DNA of 43,683 nt from Pseudomonadota bacterium (lineage in GTDB: Bacteria; Bdellovibrionota_B; Oligoflexia; Silvanigrellales; Silvanigrellaceae), in the NCBI GenBank assembly GCA_039799905.1, contig JBDLRP010000031.1:1-43683 (forward strand). The letters are read 5' to 3'. The translations under genes were made by a program, and so were the position numbers. The notes beneath the pieces were generated by a model, which saw only the letters and a list, made by a program, of their open reading frames with translations, searched no databases and was not told the origin of the DNA. Positions 36,397 to 43,683 of the stretch are shown here, piece after piece (the first letter of the stretch is position 1; every line of letters starts with the position of its first letter).

Positions 36397-38453
36397 ACAG
36401 ACCTGTCATTGAACTGCGTGATGTCAACTTCACATACCAAAGCGCGGAGCTCAGTTTTTCAGCGCTAACTTCACTGAACTTGAATATCGCAGAGGGTGAA
36501 TTCACCGCCATCATCGGGCCGTCCGGCTCGGGAAAATCCACTCTTTTGAATATTCTTGGATTGCTTGCAAGACCGACCTCCGGGTCGATGATGCTCTTTG
36601 GAAGTTCGCTTGAACGCCTCGACGATGATCAACTTGCCATCCTGCGCAATCGCGACGTAGGGTTCGTCTTTCAGAATTTTTCACTGGTGGCTCGCCTCAC
36701 TGTTCTCGAAAACATCCTGCTGCCATCGGCCTTCACAGCAGTGCAAGAACATCCGTTGGAATACAGTGAGCAGCTCCACACACGCGCGCTCGGTCTGCTG
36801 GAGCGATTTGGACTCGCAGAGCTCAAAGACAGATTGCCACGCGAACTTTCCGGCGGCCAAAAGCAGCGGGTTGCCATCTGCAGAGCTCTTCTCCTTGGCC
36901 CCAGACTACTGCTTGCCGACGAACCGACGGGTGCGCTTGATTCGGCAAGTTCACGGGAAGTCATGCGCATGCTCTCGGAACTGCACCGCGAGGGTTGCAC
37001 AATCATAGTCATCACCCATGATCCAGATGTGGCCAAACAAGCCGAACGGGTCGTCTCCCTGCACGACGGACGCATTCAATCCGATGTGCGTGCTTCACAA
37101 CCCAAGGTTGAATCGCAAGTGGAGAATTCGGCCGGCAACGCGGGTTTGCCAGCCGCCGATCGTTCCTTCGCAGGTTTACGCTACATGCTTGGCAAGAGCG
37201 TCATCTTGGCAAAGCGCAGTTTAGCCACTCATCGTGCACGCAGCCTGCTGACAGGGTTGGGCTTGTTCATCGGAATCCTCAGCCTCATAGTCATCGACGG
37301 TCTCGGCGAAATCGTCGAAAATTCATTCAACAAACTTTTCTATACGAGTTCAGTTCGAAAAGCTTATGTTTATTATGATGCTGACCGCACCGGTTTTCAT
37401 GGCGCGCGGCGTTCGGCTTGGCGGGGGCTGCACGCCCAAAGTGAATTCCCGCGACTCGCACAGATGTTTTCGGAAAAAGGGATCATCCGTCCGTTTCTGC
37501 GCAGCGACACTTGTCAGGTTAGAAGTGACTCAGGAGTCTTCCGCACACGGCTTGCAGGCATGAGTGACGGCGACGAATTTTTGGAAATGGACACCGATCT
37601 GACGGCAGGGCGATGGCCCAGCGTCGCGGAATTTTCTGCAGGAGCAGCCGTCACGGTGCTGGGCTCCGACACAGTCAACCAACTTTTTAAGATCAACGAC
37701 CCACGCCGCCGCAATCAAAATTTCCCTGTCGGCGAGCGCGTCATCGTCAACAACTGCAACACTCAGGTGACACTGACTGTCATTGGTGTTCTGGGCAAAA
37801 GAGACACCTCTTTTGGCAACCGCGACGCGAACGACAACTTGTATGTACCGATCAACACACTGCTCAGCCGCATGGGGCCGACATTCTTCACATGGTTCAG
37901 TCTGCTCCCGCGCGATGGAGTCGACTCGCGGCAGCTTGCCAATGAGGTCACCACTTTTCTCAGTCTGCAATCCTCCGGCAAGTTGACATTCGGCAGCACA
38001 ATCCCTGCAGATATTCTTGATCGTGTGCGGAGTTTTTTGTGGATCATTCAGGCCATCGTCGGCTTCATCGGTGCGCTCTGCCTGTTCGTCGGCGGCGTGG
38101 GAATCATGAATATGATGCTTGTCACCGTCGCAGAGCGTACACGAGAAATTGGACTCCTGAAGAGTCTGGGTGCACGGCAATTTCATATCCGCTCGTACAT
38201 TCTCACTGAGTCAGTGTTGTTGTGCTTTTGGGCGGGTTGCGCAGCGGTTGTCACAGGTCTTGTCGTAAACAACTTGTTCTCACTCGGGGTGAGCATTTTT
38301 GTACCGATACTCAGAGAATTCCGCTGGGTCACAGCACCGGCCGGACTGACGCTGGGACTCCTCGTGAGCATCGGCTGCGGGCTCGGCTTTGGCGCGATCC
38401 CCGCTGCTAGAGCCGCGGTTCTTGATCCTGCGGAATGTCTGCGCAGCGAGTGA
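36393..38453 (+). CDS. macB: MacB-like ABC ATPase-permease fusion (copy 2)
   Basis: GPSGSGKST, LSGGQKQR, DEPTGALD, ITHD and GGVGIMNMMLVTVAERTREIG; ATGA overlap with tolC. Confidence 0.92.
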   Translation: MNRPVIELRDVNFTYQSAELSFSALTSLNLNIAEGEFTAIIGPSGSGKSTLLNILGLLARPTSGSMMLFGSSLERLDDDQLAILRNRDVGFVFQNFSLVARLTVLENILLPSAFTAVQEHPLEYSEQLHTRALGLLERFGLAELKDRLPRELSGGQKQRVAICRALLLGPRLLLADEPTGALDSASSREVMRMLSELHREGCTIIVITHDPDVAKQAERVVSLHDGRIQSDVRASQPKVESQVENSAGNAGLPAADRSFAGLRYMLGKSVILAKRSLATHRARSLLTGLGLFIGILSLIVIDGLGEIVENSFNKLFYTSSVRKAYVYYDADRTGFHGARRSAWRGLHAQSEFPRLAQMFSEKGIIRPFLRSDTCQVRSDSGVFRTRLAGMSDGDEFLEMDTDLTAGRWPSVAEFSAGAAVTVLGSDTVNQLFKINDPRRRNQNFPVGERVIVNNCNTQVTLTVIGVLGKRDTSFGNRDANDNLYVPINTLLSRMGPTFFTWFSLLPRDGVDSRQLANEVTTFLSLQSSGKLTFGSTIPADILDRVRSFLWIIQAIVGFIGALCLFVGGVGIMNMMLVTVAERTREIGLLKSLGARQFHIRSYILTESVLLCFWAGCAAVVTGLVVNNLFSLGVSIFVPILREFRWVTAPAGLTLGLLVSIGCGLGFGAIPAARAAVLDPAECLRSE

Positions 38454-38812
38454 GTGCGGTCAAGATGGCAGACTGAAAGTCTCTGGTTTTTGAAAAAACT
38501 ATTCTTTTACATGTGAGCATTCAACAAACTAAACTGATTGATAAAATATTCATACCCATCCCCGATCATCGCACACAGCATCTTCTTTTAACCATACAAG
38601 CCAGAGACTTCTTTCTTTTTGGTCGCACAAGCAATTCCAAAACTTCTCAGAACACACAAAATATCCAAATATTATTGGCGGGTTTCTTCGCTGCCCAAAC
38701 CGACCAGGGCAACATGGACAACTCAAGTCAGGCCTTGTTTCTACCGATACTGACTAGGCCGTTTGTTGCGGAAATTGCATTTTGGACTGACGGTCACCGG
38801 TAGGACGGCTTA

Positions 38813-40807
38813 GTGATGAACACAGTTGTTTTCAAGAATTTCATCATTTTTGGAATCTCTGTGCTGACGGGCTGTGGCGGAAGACATTTTTTCAGCTCCA
38901 AAAACACCGCTTCAACCGGTGCTCCCACCGCACAACCGACCGTCTTACCTCCCGTGCCCGTCATCGGATCGTATTTGAATTCAGTACTAGTGGATGAAAA
39001 TTTAAAGCCCATAACTAAAACGGAGATATTGGCCGACTCCGGACTCCTCTCAATCAAGTCCGACGACAAGGGAATTTTTACTTTGCCCTTGAGCTATTTT
39101 AGGAATAACAAGCTCGACCTAGACGTAAAGACGGACGGAAAAATAATTTTCCTGTCGGTAACTCTGCCCTCTGATATCGCCACCGCGATTCAAGGAATTG
39201 ATTCGGGCGCTGGAATCGCTGCACAAAGACTGCTTGGCATTAGTGTAGAACAAATCTTCATACAAGGCACTGGCACTCCGGAAAAACGCATAAACGCGAC
39301 CACGTGGTCAATCCCGGCTGAAAAATTAAAAACACTTCAGCCGTATTCTCCGGTGGCAAATCTCCGCGTCACATCACACAAAGGCGGAGAAATCGTAGGC
39401 CCCATTTTTAACTTAAAAGGCGAATGCGAAGATGGGCACAAGATATCTTTGAGCGGTGACGTCATCGCAAACTACGAAGGCCGATGCAACACACCCCAAA
39501 ACTCTGGGAGTCCATCGTTTGAGTTCTCGCTGAGCCTTAAGGATTCGGAGGGGCCTAAAACGGTGATGGTGACTCAGACCGAGCCAACCAACGGTGAATA
39601 TATTGCGCAACAACTGATTTTTGATTTTAAACTTCCACTTCTAGCCCCCGCGCTCACACCTGCAAGCGTTACTGGTTTAAGAGCCGCGTTGACGGGCACC
39701 TGCGATTCCTCTGCAACTGCGCACTCAGCATCAACAAATCTAGGTTCAATCCGTTCCGTAGATTGCATAAATGGCAAACTAACAGTCATTGCTCATCTTC
39801 CAGCCGGAGTGATTTCGACAGCTCCAAGTGACGGAAAAACCTTCAGCGTAACAGTGAACTCGGTGAAAGACGGCAACAGTAAATCTTCGGATGCAGTTAC
39901 ATACACACGAGTCGGGTTTGACTGCCCCGCTGGCTACATTGGAATTCCAGGAAGCGGCATTGCTGGTCTCGGAAATACAAGCGCAACCGATAGCCATGCA
40001 AATTGGTGGTTGAACACGAGCAAAGATTTTTGTGTGATGAAATACCCTGCAAAAAACAACAACGGCTCAACTTTTGCAACAAGCACAATAGCGGGAACTC
40101 CGTGGGTCAATATTCAGCGCGGAGCCGATGAGTCAACTCCGAACAGTGCATTTACAGCCTGCAAGAGCGCAGGCGCCGAATATCGCCTCATCTCAAACAC
40201 CCAATGGCAGACTGTGGCACGCAATGCTGAAGGCGTCGCTGAAAACTGGAGTGGGAATGTTATTGGCAGCGGTGTCATTGCACGCGGTCACAGCGACGGT
40301 ATCCCCGCAGGAGCGATTGAAAACGCGAATGATGACAACCCATACTTCTTGACTCAGAACACAGGAGGTGAATGGAATACACTTGGCGCCGCGCCGGTAG
40401 ACGGAGCAGAACAGCGGCGCACGCATATTCTCAGCAACGGAGAAATTATCTGGGATTTATCGGGCAATGTTTATCAATGGGTGAGCGACAACAAGGATGA
40501 ATTAGGGATTCCGGAAGTTGATAACATTGGGTTGTCTTTAAAATCTTGGCACACATATCTAAACGGCGTGACCAACAGATACACGCAAACCACTAACCTA
40601 ATTTTCGGCAGCAGTGGTATTTCTAGTCTGCAGCTGTCGGAATCTCAAAATGCAGGTCAGCTCTACGGAGGAACCGAAGGCACGGTGCTTCGGAGTGGCT
40701 TTTGGAACATCGCACGTGCCGGTGGCATTTATTCGGTTGTCTTAAACAATCTCCCGATTGCAAATAACGGTTTAGTCGGATTCCGCTGTGTCTACCTTCC
40801 ACAATGA
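38813..40807 (+). CDS. Surface lipoprotein with beta-rich stalk and C-terminal FGE-sulfatase/CLec-type domain
   Basis: Lipobox VLTGC; CPAGYI, FCVMKY, PWVNI, LISNTQWQT, WDLSGNVYQWV, RSGFW and GFRC at the extreme C-terminus. Confidence 0.8.
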   Translation: MMNTVVFKNFIIFGISVLTGCGGRHFFSSKNTASTGAPTAQPTVLPPVPVIGSYLNSVLVDENLKPITKTEILADSGLLSIKSDDKGIFTLPLSYFRNNKLDLDVKTDGKIIFLSVTLPSDIATAIQGIDSGAGIAAQRLLGISVEQIFIQGTGTPEKRINATTWSIPAEKLKTLQPYSPVANLRVTSHKGGEIVGPIFNLKGECEDGHKISLSGDVIANYEGRCNTPQNSGSPSFEFSLSLKDSEGPKTVMVTQTEPTNGEYIAQQLIFDFKLPLLAPALTPASVTGLRAALTGTCDSSATAHSASTNLGSIRSVDCINGKLTVIAHLPAGVISTAPSDGKTFSVTVNSVKDGNSKSSDAVTYTRVGFDCPAGYIGIPGSGIAGLGNTSATDSHANWWLNTSKDFCVMKYPAKNNNGSTFATSTIAGTPWVNIQRGADESTPNSAFTACKSAGAEYRLISNTQWQTVARNAEGVAENWSGNVIGSGVIARGHSDGIPAGAIENANDDNPYFLTQNTGGEWNTLGAAPVDGAEQRRTHILSNGEIIWDLSGNVYQWVSDNKDELGIPEVDNIGLSLKSWHTYLNGVTNRYTQTTNLIFGSSGISSLQLSESQNAGQLYGGTEGTVLRSGFWNIARAGGIYSVVLNNLPIANNGLVGFRCVYLPQ

Positions 40808-40851
40808 TGACGTATGACAAAACCGGCGGGTGCATTGTCCAATTCTGAACA

Positions 40852-40896
40852 AGTCAGCAGCGGGCTCCGCTATGGCGCCATTCCCGCTGCTGGACT
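40852..40896. terminator. GC-rich stem-loop between convergent genes
   Basis: cagcagcggg (40855-40864) pairs with cccgctgctg (40883-40892); the loop contains the palindrome atggcgccat. Confidence 0.55.
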
Positions 40897-40922
40897 AAAA
40901 ACCGCACTCAAACTCGGTTTTC

Positions 40923-41453
40923 TCAGATTTTCTTAACTACTTTTTTTCCGTCATTGTCAGAAACGATGAGGAATCCGCCCTGTTGACCACACTCCTGCTG
41001 ACTCACTTGAACCCAATTGAGCTGCCCTTGTGCCGCAGCACATTTTCCAAGACCCGCACAAGCGTGAACCTCAGACGCAGCAAATTTGTTTCCGAATACG
41101 CTCTTTGTCGCTTCTACATCGGCTGCAGTGACAGCACACATTGCATACGGAGAACAGCTGTTGATGCCAAAGCATTGCACATCTGCCAATGCATCAGTTT
41201 GGCCACCAACAGGATCGGAAGGCGTTCCTGCACCGGATTGGCCATTGGAAGTTGTGGGTGAGGAGTTTGCTGAGCCGGCTTTGGCCTGTGGCTGGTTACT
41301 GTCAGGATTAGTCTTTGTTTGACCGGCATTTTCCGGAACTGAAGGAGCCAGATCGGACGATCGCTGACCATCCGAATTTTTTGTGGTCTCATTTGATGTT
41401 CCACAGGCTGCCAAAAGCGCGGTTGAGGCAAGAATAAATACTTTGTTATTCAT
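40923..41453 (-). CDS. Lipoprotein with a Cys-rich bufferin (BufA/DUF2282-like) C-terminal domain
   Basis: Lipobox LLAAC, Ser/Pro/Gln linker, then CFGINSC..C..HACAG..C..W....EC...GG (six Cys); GGAGG absent but AGTGAG-like RBS present. Confidence 0.6.
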   Translation of the reverse strand: MNNKVFILASTALLAACGTSNETTKNSDGQRSSDLAPSVPENAGQTKTNPDSNQPQAKAGSANSSPTTSNGQSGAGTPSDPVGGQTDALADVQCFGINSCSPYAMCAVTAADVEATKSVFGNKFAASEVHACAGLGKCAAAQGQLNWVQVSQQECGQQGGFLIVSDNDGKKVVKKI

Positions 41454-41511
41454 ATAGTATATCTCACTTTAATGGAGGTATTATTCAGTAATTGAAGTTA
41501 GTCGGAAGTCT

Positions 41512-42003
41512 TTATTTTCTCGGCTCTTCACCCGAAATTTGCTTCCAGAATCTATCAGCGCGCACTTCAAATCCCTGAACGTCGGCATCAAACAACTGCT
41601 TCGCACGGCGACTCACGAAGAAGTGGATCCTGTTTCCATTGATCGTAAAAATAGATGGATCGATGTCGACCTGACTTCCGGATGCCATCGCAAATGCGCA
41701 CCAGCCGCCATAGGTCGGCTCATACTTTTCGGGATTGGCAAGAAAGGTTTCAACATTCTGTTGGCCTTTAAAATTATAGGTAACCCCTCGGTGTTCAATA
41801 CTCGGCTGAGCGCCGATCGTCTGCCTTTCACCTTCGGGGAAATACGACACCGGATCGTTTCCTTTAAGCCCGACACCTGATGTTATGTTATACTTTGAAA
41901 CGTCTCGTACTTCTTGCGCCTGGGCGAATCCTGCGTGCAAATTCGCAGCGATTACGGCTGCAACGGCGAATAACGACTTCGCAGCTCCTTTGTAGAATTT
42001 CAT
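41512..42003 (-). CDS. Exported YHS-domain protein
   Basis: Signal peptide ending AQA; G.DPVSYF, F.ANPEKYEPTYGGWCAFAM and DP..F.I motifs; RBS GGAGAG. Confidence 0.85.
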   Translation of the reverse strand: MKFYKGAAKSLFAVAAVIAANLHAGFAQAQEVRDVSKYNITSGVGLKGNDPVSYFPEGERQTIGAQPSIEHRGVTYNFKGQQNVETFLANPEKYEPTYGGWCAFAMASGSQVDIDPSIFTINGNRIHFFVSRRAKQLFDADVQGFEVRADRFWKQISGEEPRK

Positions 42004-42162
42004 GCTAATCTCTCCGTATGAAAAGTTTTATTTTTCTTATAATTTTCAGTAATTCGCGTTGTTCCCTGACCGTGATGAACCTCCATAAACAGTTTGAGGA
42101 TATGCCAACTCAAACGTGTTATTCGTTGGAGAATCAAATTGGTTACAGCGGCTGAATTGAAT

Positions 42163-42603
42163 TCACTGTTCTCGAATTTCTTCTCGGTGGGAAGGCCTGA
42201 CAACGTGGTTACAGATTCCATCAGCGACTGTTCGGATTGTCTTGAGCATCTCCAAACGTGCAATTGGCTTAGTCAGGTAGGCATCAAACCCATTGGTCAG
42301 GCATCTGTCTCTTTCAGGACGCATGGCATGCGCGGTCAGCGCAATAATGGGTTTCGCATAATTGTGTGCTCGCAGGCGTCTAACTGCCTCATAACCATCC
42401 ATACCCGGCATCTGGATATCCATGAGAATGACATCAAAATGCCCTGCAAGGGCTAGACCGATGCCATGAGCACCATCACTCGCGGTCTCAGTCTCAGCTC
42501 CGGCAAGCTGCAAAAATCTCGAAACAAGCAGCCGATTATCCGGAGCATCATCAACAATCAAAATCCGCAAGCCATCGAGCCGCACTCCTTGTTCGTTTGA
42601 CAT
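42163..42603 (-). CDS. Single-domain response regulator (receiver only)
   Basis: ILIVDD, VILMDIQMPGMDG, IALTAHA and YLTKP; RBS GAGGAG before ATG 42603. Confidence 0.9.
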   Translation of the reverse strand: MSNEQGVRLDGLRILIVDDAPDNRLLVSRFLQLAGAETETASDGAHGIGLALAGHFDVILMDIQMPGMDGYEAVRRLRAHNYAKPIIALTAHAMRPERDRCLTNGFDAYLTKPIARLEMLKTIRTVADGICNHVVRPSHREEIREQ

Positions 42604-42780
42604 AATCAAAAATCTCCTCAGTCACGTATTACTGCTCACTTGCAGGCCTATGACACGCAACTGTGCTCACTCAAACGGCGCAGGCGATTCTGCCGGTGAG
42701 GCAAGAATTGCCCACACGTCATGGGGCAGATCGACCGATGAACCCAGCGGACTGTAGTCAATGATGTTCGGGAGTTTGCG

Positions 42781-43683
42781 ATGCGTTCAATTGTCCGACA
42801 GACGATGCGTGCGAAACTTTGCATGCTCGGCGGGCTCTGGCTGGGAATAGCTGTCGGCAACCATCATATGGCGGCTGCCGCAAATTCAAATTCACCAAAA
42901 ACTTCGGTCAGTGAGGAAATCTACCACCGCCTATTTAAAAAGAAGCGAACAGACGAGACCGAGCAGAAGCGCAGGCGGACAAGCACTACGGTGATGGGAA
43001 TTCGCGGTCTCGATGATGACACAGATACAGAATTGAAAGCCGGTGCAACTGCAAATATGCGTGCGGTTTATGAAATGGAAGACCGCAGCGCAGACCGGCG
43101 GGTCATCGACAATATAAAATCGCAACTGAAAGCAACGGTAGCAGATGCGGGTGTCCAGCCTTTACAGCAGAAAATCGCCAACCCTCCCGCAACAGAGGAT
43201 GAGCTCGAGGGCGAAATTGAGCTGGGCCGGAAGATGGCCGCACAAATCCTCGGCGCCAATCCTACCTTCAACAATGAAACGGTCATCAACTATCTCAACG
43301 GGCTTGCTCAGGTGATTGCGGAGTCAGGCCTGAGTTCAACTCGTCCGTTTCGCATCGCTGTTCTGAATTCGGAAAAAGTAAACGCATTTGCCTGTCCGGG
43401 TGGATACATCTTTATCACTCGGGGCGCCTTGAGGAGCACTGCCAATGAAGCCCAACTCGCTGCGCTGATAGGACATGAAATTGTTCACATCAGCAAGAGG
43501 CATCTTGTCAGCACCTTGCAAAAAAAAATCACAAAGGGTGGAAACAAAAATTCGCAGCAGGCAACAGATGATGACTATTTGAAAGCAAGGCGGAGAGTCA
43601 GACCAGATGCCAGCGGCGAGACGTCGCCGCTGGCTCAGATTCTTGGACCCAAAGGTGTCGGCCTGACGCTACTTCAAGCATCC
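42781..43683 (+). CDS. M48 family zinc metalloprotease (5' part; runs off the window edge)
   Basis: Manual translation from ATG 42781 (RBS GGGAG) is open to the window end: signal-like N-terminus, EIELGR, VNAFACPGGYIFITRGAL, NEAQLAALIGHEIVH (HExxH). Confidence 0.85.
   Translation, partial: MRSIVRQTMRAKLCMLGGLWLGIAVGNHHMAAAANSNSPKTSVSEEIYHRLFKKKRTDETEQKRRRTSTTVMGIRGLDDDTDTELKAGATANMRAVYEMEDRSADRRVIDNIKSQLKATVADAGVQPLQQKIANPPATEDELEGEIELGRKMAAQILGANPTFNNETVINYLNGLAQVIAESGLSSTRPFRIAVLNSEKVNAFACPGGYIFITRGALRSTANEAQLAALIGHEIVHISKRHLVSTLQKKITKGGNKNSQQATDDDYLKARRRVRPDASGETSPLAQILGPKGVGLTLLQAS

Noticed and set aside
38477..38610. 10-bp inverted repeat aagtctctgg/ccagagactt, possible MITE ends
   Set aside because: Short, no target-site duplication and no second copy in the window; plausibly chance.
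38513..38803. 96-aa ORF upstream of the CLec lipoprotein
   Set aside because: No RBS or motifs; lies in AT-rich, promoter-like DNA.
38454..40922. Complete diversity-generating retroelement
   Set aside because: No reverse transcriptase, Avd or template repeat found in the window; only a target-like gene.
1..43683. CRISPR arrays, tRNA/rRNA genes, IS elements, prophage or anti-phage defence genes
   Set aside because: No spaced direct repeats, cloverleaf-like sequences, or transposase, integrase or nuclease motifs were seen.

Overview
A 43.7-kb, gene-dense bacterial chromosomal segment with about 40 CDSs. I see no rRNA, tRNA, CRISPR array, integrase or transposase. Gene content and order (membrane-arm-only nuo cluster, nadC-birA-coaX synteny, sigma28-type pilin promoter, FGE/CLec lipoprotein) suggest a Bdellovibrionota/Oligoflexia-like organism; this is inference. 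Left part: partial ubiE/menG, cobU-like gene, M28 glutaminyl-cyclase-like peptidase, surE, KamA/EpmB radical SAM, type IV pilin, an unlisted 36-aa Arg/Lys-rich ORF, a DnaA-box cluster, rpsI-rplM, a possible degenerate ArgH-like gene, scpA, a GT9 glycosyltransferase and a lipoprotein. Middle: a ~19-kb minus-strand run of nadC, a BirA-CoaX-RluA triple fusion, a metallophosphoesterase, Omp85, cystathionine gamma-lyase/synthase, hutG, nuoA-H-J-K-L-M-N, lgt and an sn-glycerol-1-phosphate dehydrogenase. Right part: serine hydrolase, a macA-macB-tolC-macB exporter with two paralogous MacB, then an AT-richer accessory stretch (FGE/CLec lipoprotein, bufferin-like Cys-rich lipoprotein, YHS protein, lone receiver) and a partial M48 peptidase. 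Best leads: the lgt/G1P-dehydrogenase pair as a possible salvage route for the G1P that Lgt releases, the biotin ligase-pantothenate kinase-pseudouridine synthase fusion, the small basic ORF, the intergenic DnaA boxes and the dual-MacB pump. All calls come from motif reading only; no database searches were run.
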